A DNA stretch of 64,000 nucleotides from Octopus vulgaris (lineage: Eukaryota), in the NCBI GenBank assembly GCA_951406725.2, contig OX597821.1:85188001-85252000 (forward strand), given 5' to 3'. Under the pieces are notes generated by a model. It was not told where the DNA came from. It saw only the letters and a list, made by a program, of their open reading frames with translations, and searched no databases. This document shows positions 1 through 13,324 of this stretch, one piece after another. How positions within the stretch are numbered: the first letter of the stretch is position 1; each line of letters begins with the position of its first letter. The position numbers were made by a program, and so were the translations under genes.

Positions 1-66
1 ACATTTCTTTTCTTTTTTTCCTGCCAAAAATGTAATAATAATCGGATAAATTTATTCTGGTTACAG

Positions 67-232
67 CTTCCATGTTGGCAGTGGATGTCAAGAAGCAGCA
101 GCCTATGAAGTTGCTATCCGAGATGCACGCCATGTCTTTGATGTTGCTGAAAAGTTTGGCTACAATTTAACACTCTTAGATATAGGAGGAGGCTTTCCTG
201 GACATGAAATTCCGGAAATAACCTTTGACGAG
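67..232 (+). CDS. ODC1: Ornithine decarboxylase, internal coding exon (upstream exons lie outside the window)
   Basis: ttacag acceptor and gtaagt donor. Translates (S)FHVGSGCQEAAAYEVAIRDARHVFDVAEKFGYNLTLLDIGGGFPGHEIPEITFDE, with the HVGSG and DIGGGFPG motifs of group IV PLP decarboxylases. Confidence 0.95.
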
Positions 233-829
233 GTAAGTTGTATATCTCATCTCTTGTCCTTTTTTCTTATATATATATATTTTTTTTTTTCTTTTACTTG
301 TTTCAGTCATTTGACTGCAGCCATGCTGGAGCACCGCCTTTAAAGATAGATAGATACTATTAATGGCTTACTCAATGGAAGAAGGGTACCATCCATGATC
401 TTCTTGAGATCATTGGAAGAAAGTTAACCTCAAACTACAATCTTGGTTGGAATACCTATAGATGATATTCAGGTGCCATGTTGGACTGAAATTCTCTGTT
501 TTATAGAACTGGTCTGATCTGACCTCTCACTCCTACCCTACACTGTCACTCTAAAAATAGGCAATTACATTTGACTGTAATCTGAATGCTAAGTAGTTAA
601 ATTAAGCAATGGAACAACATAAACTCCCACCTCTGACTTCAACTTGGTTTCAGTCTACCAAATTTCACTTACATTGGTTGACTCAAGACTTGCCCAAAGG
701 GAGACATTGTAGGATGCAGTAGAATCAAACTCCGGCACATGCAGTTGCAATGTGTACATCTTAACCACAGGATTGTGCCCGGCATTGTGTTAATAAAAAC
801 TTCAATTTGAGTTCAGGCTCAGATAGATA

Positions 830-1110
830 TGGAAGCTGGGGGTTGGAGGAATCAGGACAAATGGAGTGCAGTGGTATGGACATGTGTTGAGGAAGGGTGT
901 GGATCATGTTCTGAGGAGAGTGAATGAACCATGAAAGCAAGGTTGACCAAAGAAAACATGGAAGAGATTGGGAGGGTTGGCTTCAGGAGGGAGGATGTCC
1001 CAAACTGGGCAAGATGGTGTGAGAGCAGTTGCTGTAGGAGTGAGGTAGATCCAGACAAACCCGTTAACAGGGGACAAAACTGGATTCAAAATATTGGACA
1101 AGAAGAAGAA
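830..1110 (+). mobile_element. Decayed RTE LINE 3' end with (GAA)n tail, in an ODC intron
   Basis: Translates NGVQWYGHVLRKGVDHVLRRV and GFRREDVPNWARW, resembling the RTE C-terminus. Ends in caagaagaagaa. Confidence 0.65.
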
Positions 1111-1426
1111 TTTTACCTCTTTGAAAGACAGTTTGAAAAGCTGGACTCTTCAAGTAATTGTTTGTAAAGTGTCTATACTGTGATTGTGTGTGTGTGTATC
1201 CCCCATCCTTGTACTGCTTGTAACAGTATCATGTCTAGCCAATACTTTTGTCTTTGAAGATGTTAAAATGTTTGTATTTAATTCCAATAGTTTTACTGTT
1301 TTAAGTCTGTATTATTATTATTTAGTAGTTGTAGTAGTAGCAGCAGCTGCTCTAGTAACATGAGCCGTCTCTTAATCATTTCAATTGACTTTGAATGCTG
1401 TTAAATGTGGTTTCTCTCTTTTCTAG

Positions 1427-1586
1427 ATTGCTGAAGTTATAAATGAGTCACTGGATATTTACTTCCCTCCTTCATGTGGGGTGGACATCATCGCTGAACC
1501 AGGCCGGTACTTTGTATCTTCAGCATATACCCTTGGAGTGAATATCATAGCTATGAGGGTAACAAGTAGAGATGAGAATGCGCTTG
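1427..1586 (+). CDS. ODC1: Ornithine decarboxylase, coding exon
   Basis: Polypyrimidine tract + ttctag acceptor, gtaaga donor, phase 0 to 1. IAEVINESLDIYFPPSCGVDIIAEPGRYFVSSAYTLGVNIIAMRVTSRDENAL contains the IAEPGRYF motif. Confidence 0.95.
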
Positions 1587-3625
1587 GTAAGAATCAACTT
1601 CTTTTCAAAAATCTTTTAGTTTCTGCAAGCTCTACACACAATAATACTAGATTATAAATGCCAATGCTATAGACGTTGATTGTTACACTTTCATCGATCA
1701 ATCCCTTCTCAAACTGAAGTCTCTTTTTTTTTTCCTTAACCTAGCCTTAATCACAGTTTCAAGTACTGACTTCCTATATGGTCCTATTTACTTCCCTACA
1801 TTGGTACCTCATGTAACATCAACATTTGCAGCTTGAGACAAAGCTGTCATTACTTGCAGACTAATTTTAGTTATCCACAAGAAAATACAGAATTTTAGTC
1901 CCAAGTTAAATGATGAAATGAATTCAGATTTAAAATGAATTGACCTAAGTGAAAACAATTCAAAATGTACATCTGCTGTGTATTATCTAAGTATTTAAGC
2001 TTTTCTATGTGGTTGAGAAACTTGCTTCACAATCATATGATCTCAGGTTCAGACCCGCTGAGCTGAGCCTTGGTTAAGTGTCTTCTACTATAGCCCTGGG
2101 TCTACCAAAGCTTTTGTGAGTAAATTTGGTAGGTGGAAACTGAATGAAGCCCATTTTGTGTGTGTGTGTTTCCTTGTCTCAACATTACTTGATGGTCGTA
2201 AGCAAGCATCACCATAATACAAGCAATATTGTTTGTTTCCAATCTTCTGCGAAAAAATGTCTGATCATGGGAAATGTCTAGAAACAGGATGGGTAGAAAA
2301 TATACCTCAAAAAATTGTCAGGTCCGTACATGGAAAAGTGGGTGATGATGATGATGTACTTTCAGGGTGTATTGTATTTGTCTCAACATGAGCACTAATT
2401 CTATTCATCATAACACCATTTCACTAGGAATTTTTTTTTTTTTTTTCTTTTCGTTTTTGTTATAATGCTCAGCACGTTCTGTATCTGATAGCATGAGAAA
2501 ATTTTTCCCAAAAGAATAACATTATGTGACTGTAAATGTTATGTAGTGTGCACCAAATGAAAAAGCAAATTATAAAGCTTGTCAATGTCAAATAGAGCCC
2601 CCCCCCCCCCAAATTCAAATTAAAAACTGAATGTGTTTATGCAGTAGGGTGGACCTGCTGTCTGATAATAAATATTCTGGTCTCATTAAACCTCTACCTT
2701 CCACTCTCCTTTTGAACTTACCCACCCATTCACCCTATCCAATCTTTGGTCCTACTTCTCTTATATACACCTCCCTGTAACTTGAGTATAACCTCCATCA
2801 CACCTCCCAGCTTCTCTCTCTCCTCGGGTAGCCATGTATCTCCTTTATTGCCAAGATACCTATTCCTGTCCCTCTGCTTATACCACTATTACTACACCCC
2901 TATTCCATACACGCACACTCAGGTTATTTGGTAACCTCACTTCTGATGGTGCCGTGTAAGAAGCAACCAGTATATTGTGTAACCGGGTTGACATTTGGAA
3001 GGGCATCCAGCCCTAGAAATCATGCCAAAGCAAACACTGGAACTTGGCTCAGTCTTTTGACTGACCAGCTCCGGTCAGATTGTCCATCCCATGACAACAT
3101 GGAAAACAGGCGTTAAATGATGATGATGATGTAAAGGTTTTTAGTGGGAGGGGGGGGGGGCATTTTACTTGGGTAATTTAAATTAATGATACGGGTAACT
3201 TTCCCATCGATGCCTTTAGCGTGAACATAGTTATGAGTCGAAAAGAGTTTGTCAGCTTTATAGAACAGTGAAACAAAGTATGTATGCTTTTAAATATTTT
3301 GTTGTTGTTGTTCGTCTCTTGAATATACACTTAATGGGTTATTAACCCGAGGTTTAAACTTGCCAACAGCATTGTGTTGTACCATTAAGCTCATGTACAT
3401 AGCATTGTAACATTAAATTAATGGCAGCTTCTAGCTATTTTTTTCTCCATGGTGTCCCTAACTGTTAATGTTTGATAAATGTTGCATACATTTACAATTG
3501 AATTTTGAAATATCCAAATAAATATACTGGGTTATATTGTATGCTGAACCTTTTGAAATTCCCCTGTTTCTTGTGGTCATCTACTGTCACTATTTTACTT
3601 ATTAAAGAGGTTCTTTTCTTTGAAG

Positions 3626-3750
3626 GTGCAGACAGGGAGCCGGATGCAAATGACGAACCCCATTTCATGTACTATGTCAATGATGGTGTTTATGGCTCCT
3701 TCAACTGTATCTTGCTGGACCATGCCAAAGTGTTTCCGAGTGTAATCCAG
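3626..3750 (+). CDS. ODC1: Ornithine decarboxylase, coding exon
   Basis: tgaag acceptor, gtaaat donor, phase 1 to 0. [42 protein letters not shown] contains [13 protein letters not shown]. Confidence 0.95.
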
Positions 3751-5300
3751 GTAAATATCTCTTTGTATCTCTTTCTCTTCTATATGTATTTTCTTTTCCT
3801 CTATATTCATACATAAATTACCTATTTTTATCCAATGAAAGTTGGGTCTATCTTCTTGGATACAAAAAGATAGGAATTACCATAGCTGCACATCACATTG
3901 CCGTTAGATTACTATAGCCTCACAATAACATGCACACATTGAAAAAATGTCCTGAACTTTAGCAAGTTGACAAAATGGTACAGACTACTGAATAAGTTTT
4001 ATTGATGAAATTTGCCTTCAGTTCTTCATCGTTTAGCATTTCTTAAGCAAGTTACTTGCTTTTTCTCAGGTTTGTTCATCATGGAACAAGGATAAGATGA
4101 GATGTCCCTTTTAGTTTCCACTTGCTTTGTAAACTCCAAAATCCTTCCACATGATCCCTATTTCTTAAACTAAATGTTTCTTCCTTCCGTCTTCCTCTTT
4201 TCTGTCGCTACCCTTTAGGTCTGAGAACATGGAGTCTCAGCAAAACAGAACAAAACGTTCGCAAACTAAATTTGTATATTTTTAATAGTTTTGCGTTCTT
4301 ATTTACAAATGGCCACTATTATACAACTATAAAATGGGAAAAAGATATTATTTCTCAGCTATTTGGGTTGACACAAACTAATTATCTATGTTGCTTAAAA
4401 CATAGTGGCTGTTGCCAAATTTGAACCCATGGTTCAGATTGACACTAGTTGTAGGGATTGGGTTTTTGACCACTGAATGCAATAATAAAGATGTTAAATA
4501 CTCTAATTATTACATCTATGTCCTGAAAACTTGGATGAAGTTGATTGCTTTGTATCTTCCTAGATCCTACTGACCATCATTTACAGTTTTCTGACATTAT
4601 AATTTCATTCTTGAAAATTTCATCTAAAAGTCTCCATTTCATCCACAACTCTGGTTACTTCTCTTCTAAAGTGTTAAACATTCATTGAAGGTTGTGTTTT
4701 TAGTTGATCTAATTAAAAAATACTATTAATTGATTTCATCAGTTGTTTATCTCAAGGTTGCCCTTACTGAGCAGGCTTATGATCTGACATTCAAGCTATG
4801 CTTTTGCTATCCTCCTCTTTAGGCATTACGTATCTAGGAGTGCATTATTCAATGTGTCCCTCAACTTTCAAAAGCAACAGGGTGTAATTTGAAGCAGACT
4901 TGAATGCTATTTCTAGGAGGTTGAGCAAATGTGTGAGACCCCTAGAATCAGTTGCCTAACTTCTGTAGCTGTTTATTTCTCCCTTTTTGTTTACTTCATG
5001 AAACTTTATTATAACACTCTTGGAATGAAATTGGTTAGGTAATTGGATATATCAGGGGTTTCTCTACACCTGTAAATATCTGCTAATCATATGAGTTTAT
5101 TCTGTGATCTTTCACTGCCAATGTTAAATATCTTTTATTTTCTGCTTCAATGATTGATCTGTGCTTACGTCTGGATCCCATGTTTATTTCAATGGCTCCA
5201 GGAGCTACAATAGAAGATACCTTTAAAATGCTGAGCTGATGTATTTGGTGCTTATTTTCAGATTTTCTTTCAAAAGTAGTGCCTTGCAATACTGATTTAA

Positions 5301-5521
5301 CCCTTTAGCATTTAAACCGGCCATATCCAGCCAAAAGTATTCTGCCTGTTTTATGTTCAAACTGGCCAGATCTGGTCTCTCACACCAACCCTACAATATC
5401 GTTTTAAAAATGAACAGCTACCTCATCAAAATCTCATAGCTACAAGATAATGCCTGATTAGTTCAAGGCAATGTGGATGAAAAGGCATTAATTTTGGCAG
5501 AATAATGCGAACACTTAAGGG
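5301..5521. mobile_element. piggyBac-like MITE
   Basis: TTAA|CCCTTTAGCATT ... ACACTTAAGGG|TTAA: TTAA TSD with CCC/GGG termini. Confidence 0.8.
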
Positions 5522-5740
5522 TTAAAGTCAAATGGGGAGAAAACGTTTCACATAATCAATATTAGAGCCAGTATTTCATATTTATTTCTTAACCTTCATA
5601 CCTGAGCTTGCTTTTTCCCTTTTTCTTCAATGATCCTACTTTTTATGGTTGTGGAAAGCCTGTTCCCACTGACTTAATATTTAACATTATTGCTGGAACA
5701 TTTATCTAATAACATCCATTTCCTTTTCTCCTTCTTGCAG

Positions 5741-5955
5741 GACCTGTCTGATGTCGATATGTTGTACAGCTCTAGTGTTTGGGGCCCTACTTGTGATGGC
5801 TTGGACTGTATCCTGACGGACTGTCAGCTTCCAGCTATGAAAGTTGGTGATTGGCTTTACTTTGAGAATATGGGAGCATACACTTTCTGTGTGTCTTCTC
5901 AATTCAATGGTATGCCTGAACCAATACACTACTACTACTGCGATCGAGAGATTTG
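5741..5955 (+). CDS. ODC1: Ornithine decarboxylase, coding exon with the catalytic Cys
   Basis: ttgcag acceptor, gtaagg donor, phase 0 to 2. Encodes WGPTCDGLD (Cys360/Asp361 equivalent) and [13 protein letters not shown]...FNG. Confidence 0.96.
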
Positions 5956-6580
5956 GTAAGGACTTTACTTCTAATTGTAACATTTTCATGGGAGGGCGAT
6001 TTTGCAGTGATACAATAAACTTCATTATCTTAATTGTACTTAGTGTTCTCTGTCCATTGTTCACTGTCAGTTAATACTCTGCTGAAAGTTCTAACTAAGA
6101 TTTCTGAGTTGAGCATCAACGCAGAATTTATATGGACTGCAACTTTACTGATATTTATTGCATTGACTTCAGGAAAGTGGAAGGCTAAATTCATCCCAGT
6201 AAGGTTTTGAATTCAGAATAGCGAGGAGAAAGCTAAATATCAAAATGTATTTAATCAATCAAACCATTTTAATTGTAATCTGAAAATTTTCAGTTCAGTT
6301 TGGAGCTGGTGTAACAAATAACTTTGGATTATCAAATCTAATTCTACTGCTTTACAAATGGCAAACTGGAAAAATCCATTGTCTGAACATAATTGATGTC
6401 TCGTTTATGACTGGATTTACAAAACGATACAGGAGGGGTGAACTAAGTTGATTCCACTTTCATTATAGAAGTGAATTGGGTTAAGTAGAATGTATTGGAC
6501 CAATAGCCTGTGAGTTTGAATCCACTGCAAGAATTTCATGAGAAATTTGTGGCTGTAGTTTATTAGTTATGAGATTTACA

Positions 6581-6972
6581 CTTTTACTTGTTTCAGTCAT
6601 TTGACTGCGGCCATGCTGGAGCACCACCTTTAGTCAAGCAAATCGACCCCAGGACTTATTCTTTGTAAGCCCAGTATTTATTCTATCGGTCTCTTTTGCC
6701 GAACCGCTAAGTGACGGGAACATAAACACACCAGCATCGGTTGTCAAACAATGCTAGGGGGACAAACACAAACATACACACACGCACACACATATATATA
6801 TACATACATATATACGACGGGCTTCTTTCAGTTTCCGTCTACCAAATCCACTCACAAGGCTTTGGTCGGCCCGAGGCTATAGTGGGAGACACTTGCCCAA
6901 GGTGCCACGCAGTGGGACTGAACCCGGAACCATGTGGTTGGTAAGCAAGCTACTTACCACACAGCCACTCCT
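6581..6972 (-). mobile_element. tRNA-derived SINE family A (internal microsatellite, GTAAAA-type tail), in the last ODC intron
   Basis: Pol III A box-like GTGGCTGTGTGGT, B box-like GGTTCAGTCCC, and CORE-like ACCTTGGGCAAGTG. Near-identical to the copies at 14471, 16802, 35155 and 54499. Confidence 0.9.
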
Positions 6973-7067
6973 ATTTCTGTGACTAAGGAGGATGAGAGTA
7001 TTGTGTATGTGTGTTGTTGTTGTGTTGAACGATTTATTAATTTTTGTTGTTTTCCATTTGATTGTAG

Positions 7068-7167
7068 GAACAGATTCGATTGGAAGGAGCAGAACTGTGA
7101 CTTGAAAAGTCGTCGTGTCACTAATTTTGAGGATGATTTAGCATCATTAGAGATTTCAAATATCTAA
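7068..7167 (+). CDS. ODC1: Ornithine decarboxylase, terminal coding exon
   Basis: ttgtag acceptor whose phase completes TG|G (Trp). Reads WNRFDWKEQNCDLKSRRVTNFEDDLASLEISNI*, followed by a TE-free U-rich tract. Confidence 0.8.
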
Positions 7168-8370
7168 ACTTGACCTCTGATTACCTCTTACAAGTTCATT
7201 GGACACTCCATTTGCAGACGCTAATAGTTAGAATCAGTTTATAACTGAGTCGATTATTTAAATATATCAAACTTCTTTTACGTTTTCCTATATTTTTTCC
7301 CTTGTTTTTACAACTCTTGAACTGCCTCTGTGTCAACCTCAAAAAATAGATCGGCATAAGGGAGATAACTTAGATTATTTAAATATTCCTTCACTAAATA
7401 TTTTAGTTTGAATTTAATCTTTGGTTAATCAACATTTTGTTTCTGTTTTTTTTTTTTTTTTTAATTTAATTTAATAAAATGACTCTTGTAATTAAAAAAA
7501 AAAGACAGAAAAATTTTGTGGGAAGGCTTTAGGATAACTTGCACGCTAACATTCTCTGTAAATCTTAACAGCTTCTAGATATTTTCCCTAGTATATTTTT
7601 TTTTATGGCATATTTTATGCCAGCAATATTTGGCTGTTACAAACACTAAACAAACTTTTTCCCCTTTAAATCTTTTTTCTTTCCCCTTTTCTCTATGCAG
7701 CAACTTTTATCATTAAAACATTGATCCTGTCAGCCTTTATTAGCTGCCAGCTTTTACATTAGGCATTTTAACTTCTAGCTATAGATCTCCATCCCCCATT
7801 ATTTTATCATTCGACTCTTTTAGACATTGTCGAATTGATTATTCTCCCTCTTTCTTTGTGTATATATATATACATATTTCACTTATTCCCCTCTCGCCCC
7901 TCCCTCAAAATTCCCTTTATAAAAAGCAAAAGTTTACTTCAGAAACATTTTATCTCTCAAAATATTATCAGTTGATTTTCTTCTCAATGGTTCCTACTGG
8001 AACCATTAGCAGTTATTTACCTTTTTCTAAATTCTGCTGGATTAAAAGAATGATAATACTTTATTACTTCACTCTGCTTTTACCAAAGAATTGTACTTTC
8101 AACAGTTCTTAAATTATATATATATTTATTTTTTAAGTAGTTGGCATATTGGAATTGTTCCTGCCAATTTTGTATATGAAGAACATATTGTCTTTGTACA
8201 TATTATTTAATTGCATTTATTTAAAGCATCATAATATCATTCTCTTAATTTCTAACATTTTTTTAATTAAACTTTAATTACATGGACAATCTAAAATTTT
8301 TAATTCTTTTGTTCTGAACTTCAAAATCTATTCTTCATATGTTTGACTAACAAATTAGAATAAATATAAA
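7168..8370 (+). other. Probable ODC 3' UTR with candidate polyadenylation signals (AATAAA at 7473 and 8359)
   Basis: About 1.2 kb of U-rich sequence with no recognisable TE directly after the stop codon, and two AATAAA hexamers. Confidence 0.55.
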
Positions 8371-9814
8371 AAAATATTTTATTATATATATATATATGTA
8401 TATATATGTATATACATGCATACACACATATATCAACTAAATGACTGAATGTCATTTATAATGTGATGTGCATGGTGAACATGTAAAGTGCATAGACAGC
8501 AGCTGTACTTATATGCTGATAATCTAGGGCAGAAACACTATCTGTGGTAAAATGGAATATATTTAAAAGCAAAGTAGAATCATATTTTTACTTTGCTATT
8601 CATTCATGTTTATTTATCTTCTCAATGCTAGAAATATTTTTTTGAAAACTCTTAACCCCATATCTTAGTCTTAACTGCAGCTTGAAACTACTATGCTCAG
8701 TTAAAATATATCATTTAATGCTCAACTGGTTATTTTCTCAAACATGAAACTTAATCTAGTTTCCAGTAAAATTGTATCTAGAAAATTCAAAGCTAATCCT
8801 TTGCAGATTTGCTTCATTTTTATTTTCAATAAGAAGCCTAACTTTGTGGATAAACTTAATTTGTTAGTTCTCAAGCAAATTTTATTTATATGAGAACTTT
8901 TTTTTTTCTAAATTATATGAACACTTCAACCACAATTTCTGCCATGATATAATTACCTTTCACTAATTTTTTTTTTTTCCCTAAAGGTTAACTAAATTAG
9001 TTTCATAGTTTCTCAGTCTTACCAGAATAGTGCAACTTCCTCATTACAACAGAGCTTTCTATCTATTTATTTATTAATCCTTGAGTCATGGATTTTTCCA
9101 GTGTGCAAGTTTCTCCCTTGCTTCTCACAAACTTCATCTAAAATTATTTCTTCTATTTTATTTATTGCATTTTGATTAGTCTAATAATCTCTGTAACAAG
9201 GTGGTCAGAGGGGATTAGATTGGTGACCATACAAACTTTGGGAACACCTGCTGTCCAGACACCTACTGGTCAAAATTTCATCATGGAACACACACTCTTA
9301 CTGCAGGTAACTGCAGTTGAAATATGTGTATCCTTGAAGAAATAAAACTTTCAAAAAATACTTTGCATTTTATTATTACTTCTTACATCCTATTTTTTTT
9401 AATGTCTTCATGGTTTTCTGTTGCAGGCTGTGTAGGTACAGTTTGCTTTGTTGCTACATGGTTTCAATCTATTTCACTGTTTATCTCCAGATCATTTAAA
9501 GCTTTGCGAGTGAAAATGGTTGATGGAAACTGTAAGGAAGTCCATTATGTACTAGGAAATGCTGGAAAGTTCCTGGCTTTGGGTAAAAGAAAATACAGGA
9601 GGATCAATTAATTCTGATTTTACCCAACATATTTGCCTCTCAGCTTCACACATTTATTGCAGCGGGCCTCCAACCAGGCCTTTCATAATACCCTTAAAGC
9701 CAGGATCTTTTCAGGAACCCCTCATATGTAAGTGTGCACATGTGTATGAATGTTAACATTGTGACATTTTCACACAAAAAAAAACAAAACACTTGAGCAA
9801 AATTTGTGACTAAT

Positions 9815-10225
9815 TGTGGAGGGAGCCTGTGGAAGGGGTTAGACCCAGAAAGACATGGGATGAAGTGGTGAGAAAGGATCTTCAGATGCTGGGCCTCATT
9901 TAGATGACAAGGGACCAGGAAATGTGGCAATTCGCTGTGCCTGAGAAGACGCATCAAGCTAAGTAAAATTGCGGTCCTCCACACATACAGGTTTGTCTTT
10001 TACTGGTTCTAGAACCACATAAAAGGCACTTGTGCTGGTACTGTGTAAAAGTACATAATGCTGATGGCATGAAAAAAGCACCCAGCATACTCTAAAGTGA
10101 TTGGCAACTGGAAAGGCATCCAGCTGTAGAAACCATGCTCATAACAGACAATTGGAGTCTGAAGAGTTGCTGTCAAACCGTCCAGCCCATGCCGGCGTGG
10201 AAAATGGATGTTAAATGATAATGAT
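9815..10225 (+). mobile_element. RTE LINE family 1, decayed 3' end (ORF end + 3' UTR, GAT tail)
   Basis: Encodes VEGACGRG..RKTWDEVVRKDL, followed by the ggcatccagctgtagaaac UTR motif and a gttaaatgataatgat tail. Confidence 0.8.
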
Positions 10226-11235
10226 GTTGACATTTCCTGTAAAGAAATAGCGTCATAGCCATGCACTTTCAAAGACAAATGGAATAAAGGAATGTCTTGA
10301 AAAACATGTAATGGTTAGTGACAGGAAAAGCATCTGGCTGTTAGAAAATAATGCCTTAATAAAGAGTATTCTTTCAACCTATTCTAGCAAGGCAATATGG
10401 ATGAACTCTAGGTGTAAGAGTTACTTTCTTACTCTTTCATAAAGGCAGATATGTAAATTATCAATGGATCAGTAAATTATTTGGGAAGATCCATTAATTT
10501 TCTAATGCTTATCAATATAATAATACTGCTATATCACCACACTTCCTTGTTATGAGTGTTTCATAACAATGAGTCAGTCACTGTGATACTCTGAAGTGAG
10601 GACAGAAGAGAAGACTCAAACTCCACATCCAGTACTTTATTGGTACTTTAACCCCAGAAGGACGAAAAGCAAAACTGACCTCAGCAGAATTGGAACTCAA
10701 AAGTAAAAAGCCATAAAATACCACAAGGTATCTTGTCCAGTTTAATGAATTGCCAGCCCATAATTCTTTTGATTATAACAATTTATACATAGGCACAAGC
10801 CATAAATATGAAGAACAGATTAGTGGATTAAGTCCATGGTACTTTATTTTTCTTGAGCCTCTTTTGAAAGAATGAATGGCTTAGTTGAATTCAAGGGGAT
10901 TTAAACTCGGAATCTTGAGAGCCAGAACAAATACAGTACTCTAACGATTTTGTTAATCCATCACCTTTTATAATAATTTCTGACACATACCTGAGGCCAG
11001 AAATTTGGGTTTCACTTACAAGATATGAGCCAATGGGGAAATATCTCTATGTTCTTTAAACTTAATTGAAACATCACTCAAATTTCCATTAAATCACATC
11101 CTAAAGTATTGAAAAGAACAGGACACATTATGGACCTCAGAAGGGGGATTTCTTTTTCTCTTCCCACAGTTTGAAGGGAACACAATCAACCTCAGTGAAA
11201 TTTGAAAATAGGAAACCCATGTTATGTACTTGCTC

Positions 11236-11488
11236 TCCAGCCTCGCCTGGCCCTCGTGCCGGTGGCACATAAAAAGACCATCCGTTCGTGGCCGTTTGCC
11301 AGCTCTGTCTGGCACGTAAAAAGCACCCACTACACTCACGGAGTGGTTGGTGTTAGGAAGGGCATCCAGCCGTAGAAACACTGCCAGATTTGACTGGGCC
11401 TGATGAAGCCTTCTGGCTTCACAGACCCCAGTAGAACCGTCCAACCCATGCTAGCATGGAAAGCGGACGCTAAACGATGATGATGATG
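11236..11488 (+). mobile_element. RTE family 1, 5'-truncated 3' UTR copy
   Basis: Two GGCAC(G/A)TAAAAAG modules, ccatgctagcatgg palindrome, (GAT)n tail. Confidence 0.85.
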
Positions 11489-13324
11489 TAAAGAACATAC
11501 ACACCCTGTTTTTGGCATAACCCTAACCACTAGGTGTGCATATTCTTTACCTTTGCCCTCCATCCCTATTAATATTTTCAGACATTAACATAAGCCTACA
11601 CATTTTAGGGAGAAGTGTTATCAACATAATCCCATAAATTTGACTGGTGCTTTTTTTTTCCTTTTTTATTAGGGTGTGATCTGAGAGAGATTTGGCTGCT
11701 CTTTCTGAATTTACAATGTAGAATCTTCTGTATTAGCTCATTCTCTATCAGCCCTGATCATACAAATGATTCAGAGGCAATTGAACCATGTCCATATTGT
11801 CCTGTTAAGTATTATCTAGGACAGGTGTGAGCAACCATTTTGAGAAACAGCTGCACTGCTAAAAAAAATTTCCGACAGTTTTTCCTTGATGTGCTATTCA
11901 GAAAGTCCTGTGGGTCACAGTTTGCTCATGACCAATCTAGAGTTTTATTATGCAACGTGTCCTGTCCTTTTTGATTTTTTTAGGATGTAGTTTAATGGGA
12001 ATTTGAGTGATGTTTCAATTAAGTTTAAAGAACATAGAGATATTTCCCCATTGGCTCGTATCTTGTAAGTGAAACAATGAGTTCAATATTTTGTTGACAC
12101 TACAGTACTATTGATCATACTTGAACTCACAACACATATTCTAAAAGTATAGCATCTTATCGTCCCTGTCCTTTAAATTTTGGTGGAACCATGGATGGCT
12201 AAGACAACAGTATCAAAGAACCAGCCAAAGGTTAAATGGTTTTTATTCTGCAACCAACACTGCACTATGGTGTCCTTTGCTAGTCATGGATAATCTAACA
12301 CTAGGCAAACAGAGACATCAAGAAATTTGGTACTAATGTTGTGAAAGGGCTAGCTTTGGTAAAGAGCAATTTAATGGTTTGTATTTATTCAGGAGTTCAA
12401 GTCCTTGTGTGGGCTTAAGTCATGGCCTTAAACTGGGAGCATGATAGTGCTAATAATGACACAGCTTTCAAATCTCTCACTCCACATCAGTATGGACTAC
12501 AGCCATGGTAAAGGGATATTAACATGGACCTATATCAGACTTGGACCCTAATAGAAGCATATCAAGTCTGTGATATTGCTCAACATGTCAGAAATAGCTA
12601 AATCTCTCCCTAGTCACATCCTTGTGTCATAAAAAAAAGACATAAGATTAGTAGACCAACACATACTGTCAGAAATTGCTGGGATAATTACAACTGGAAT
12701 ATTTTTGATGAGAAGTTTACTCTATCAAGGTTAACTGAGTGCTAAGCAATATGATCCTATTTTCCATTCCAAAATCACTTGTCCAGAGAGGTGATGACAA
12801 TTTTTTTTTCTTTATATCATTCTGATAAGATAAACTTGTTGAGAGTCGTAGATCTTCAAAATAATATTTTGATTAATTATAAAACCTGTTGGGCAAGAAC
12901 TAATTGAGTGGCAAGCAAAAGACATTTCGGTACATTCTGAATTACAATCATGCTAACCCCACTATTCATCCTCCCTGGGATCAATAAAACAGGTACCAGT
13001 AAAATACTGAGATCAATATAAACGTGTATGTGGCTTTCCTCCTGCTAAGCACGTAAATTAACCAAAAGATTGATTCTGAATTTCTAGAAATTATCTCCCC
13101 TTACCTTTAAAAGCTGCTACCAGTTGCCATAAGAATTTTGTAACTAAATGGGATATTTCAAATGATTAGAAATTTTTGGCATATATCATTCATTACATCT
13201 TCCATTTAATTAAACAATCAGCTACATCCCAACCTCTATAAATAAGGAATTACAGAGCAAATAATTTTTATTTTGTATAATATAAGCCTTCACTCTTACC
13301 CATAAAATTATTAACCATCTTACT

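Noticed and set aside
11398-11450. Hammerhead ribozyme core (CTGATGA)
   Set aside because: No GAAA with matching helices could be built, and other copies of the same repeat lack the motif.
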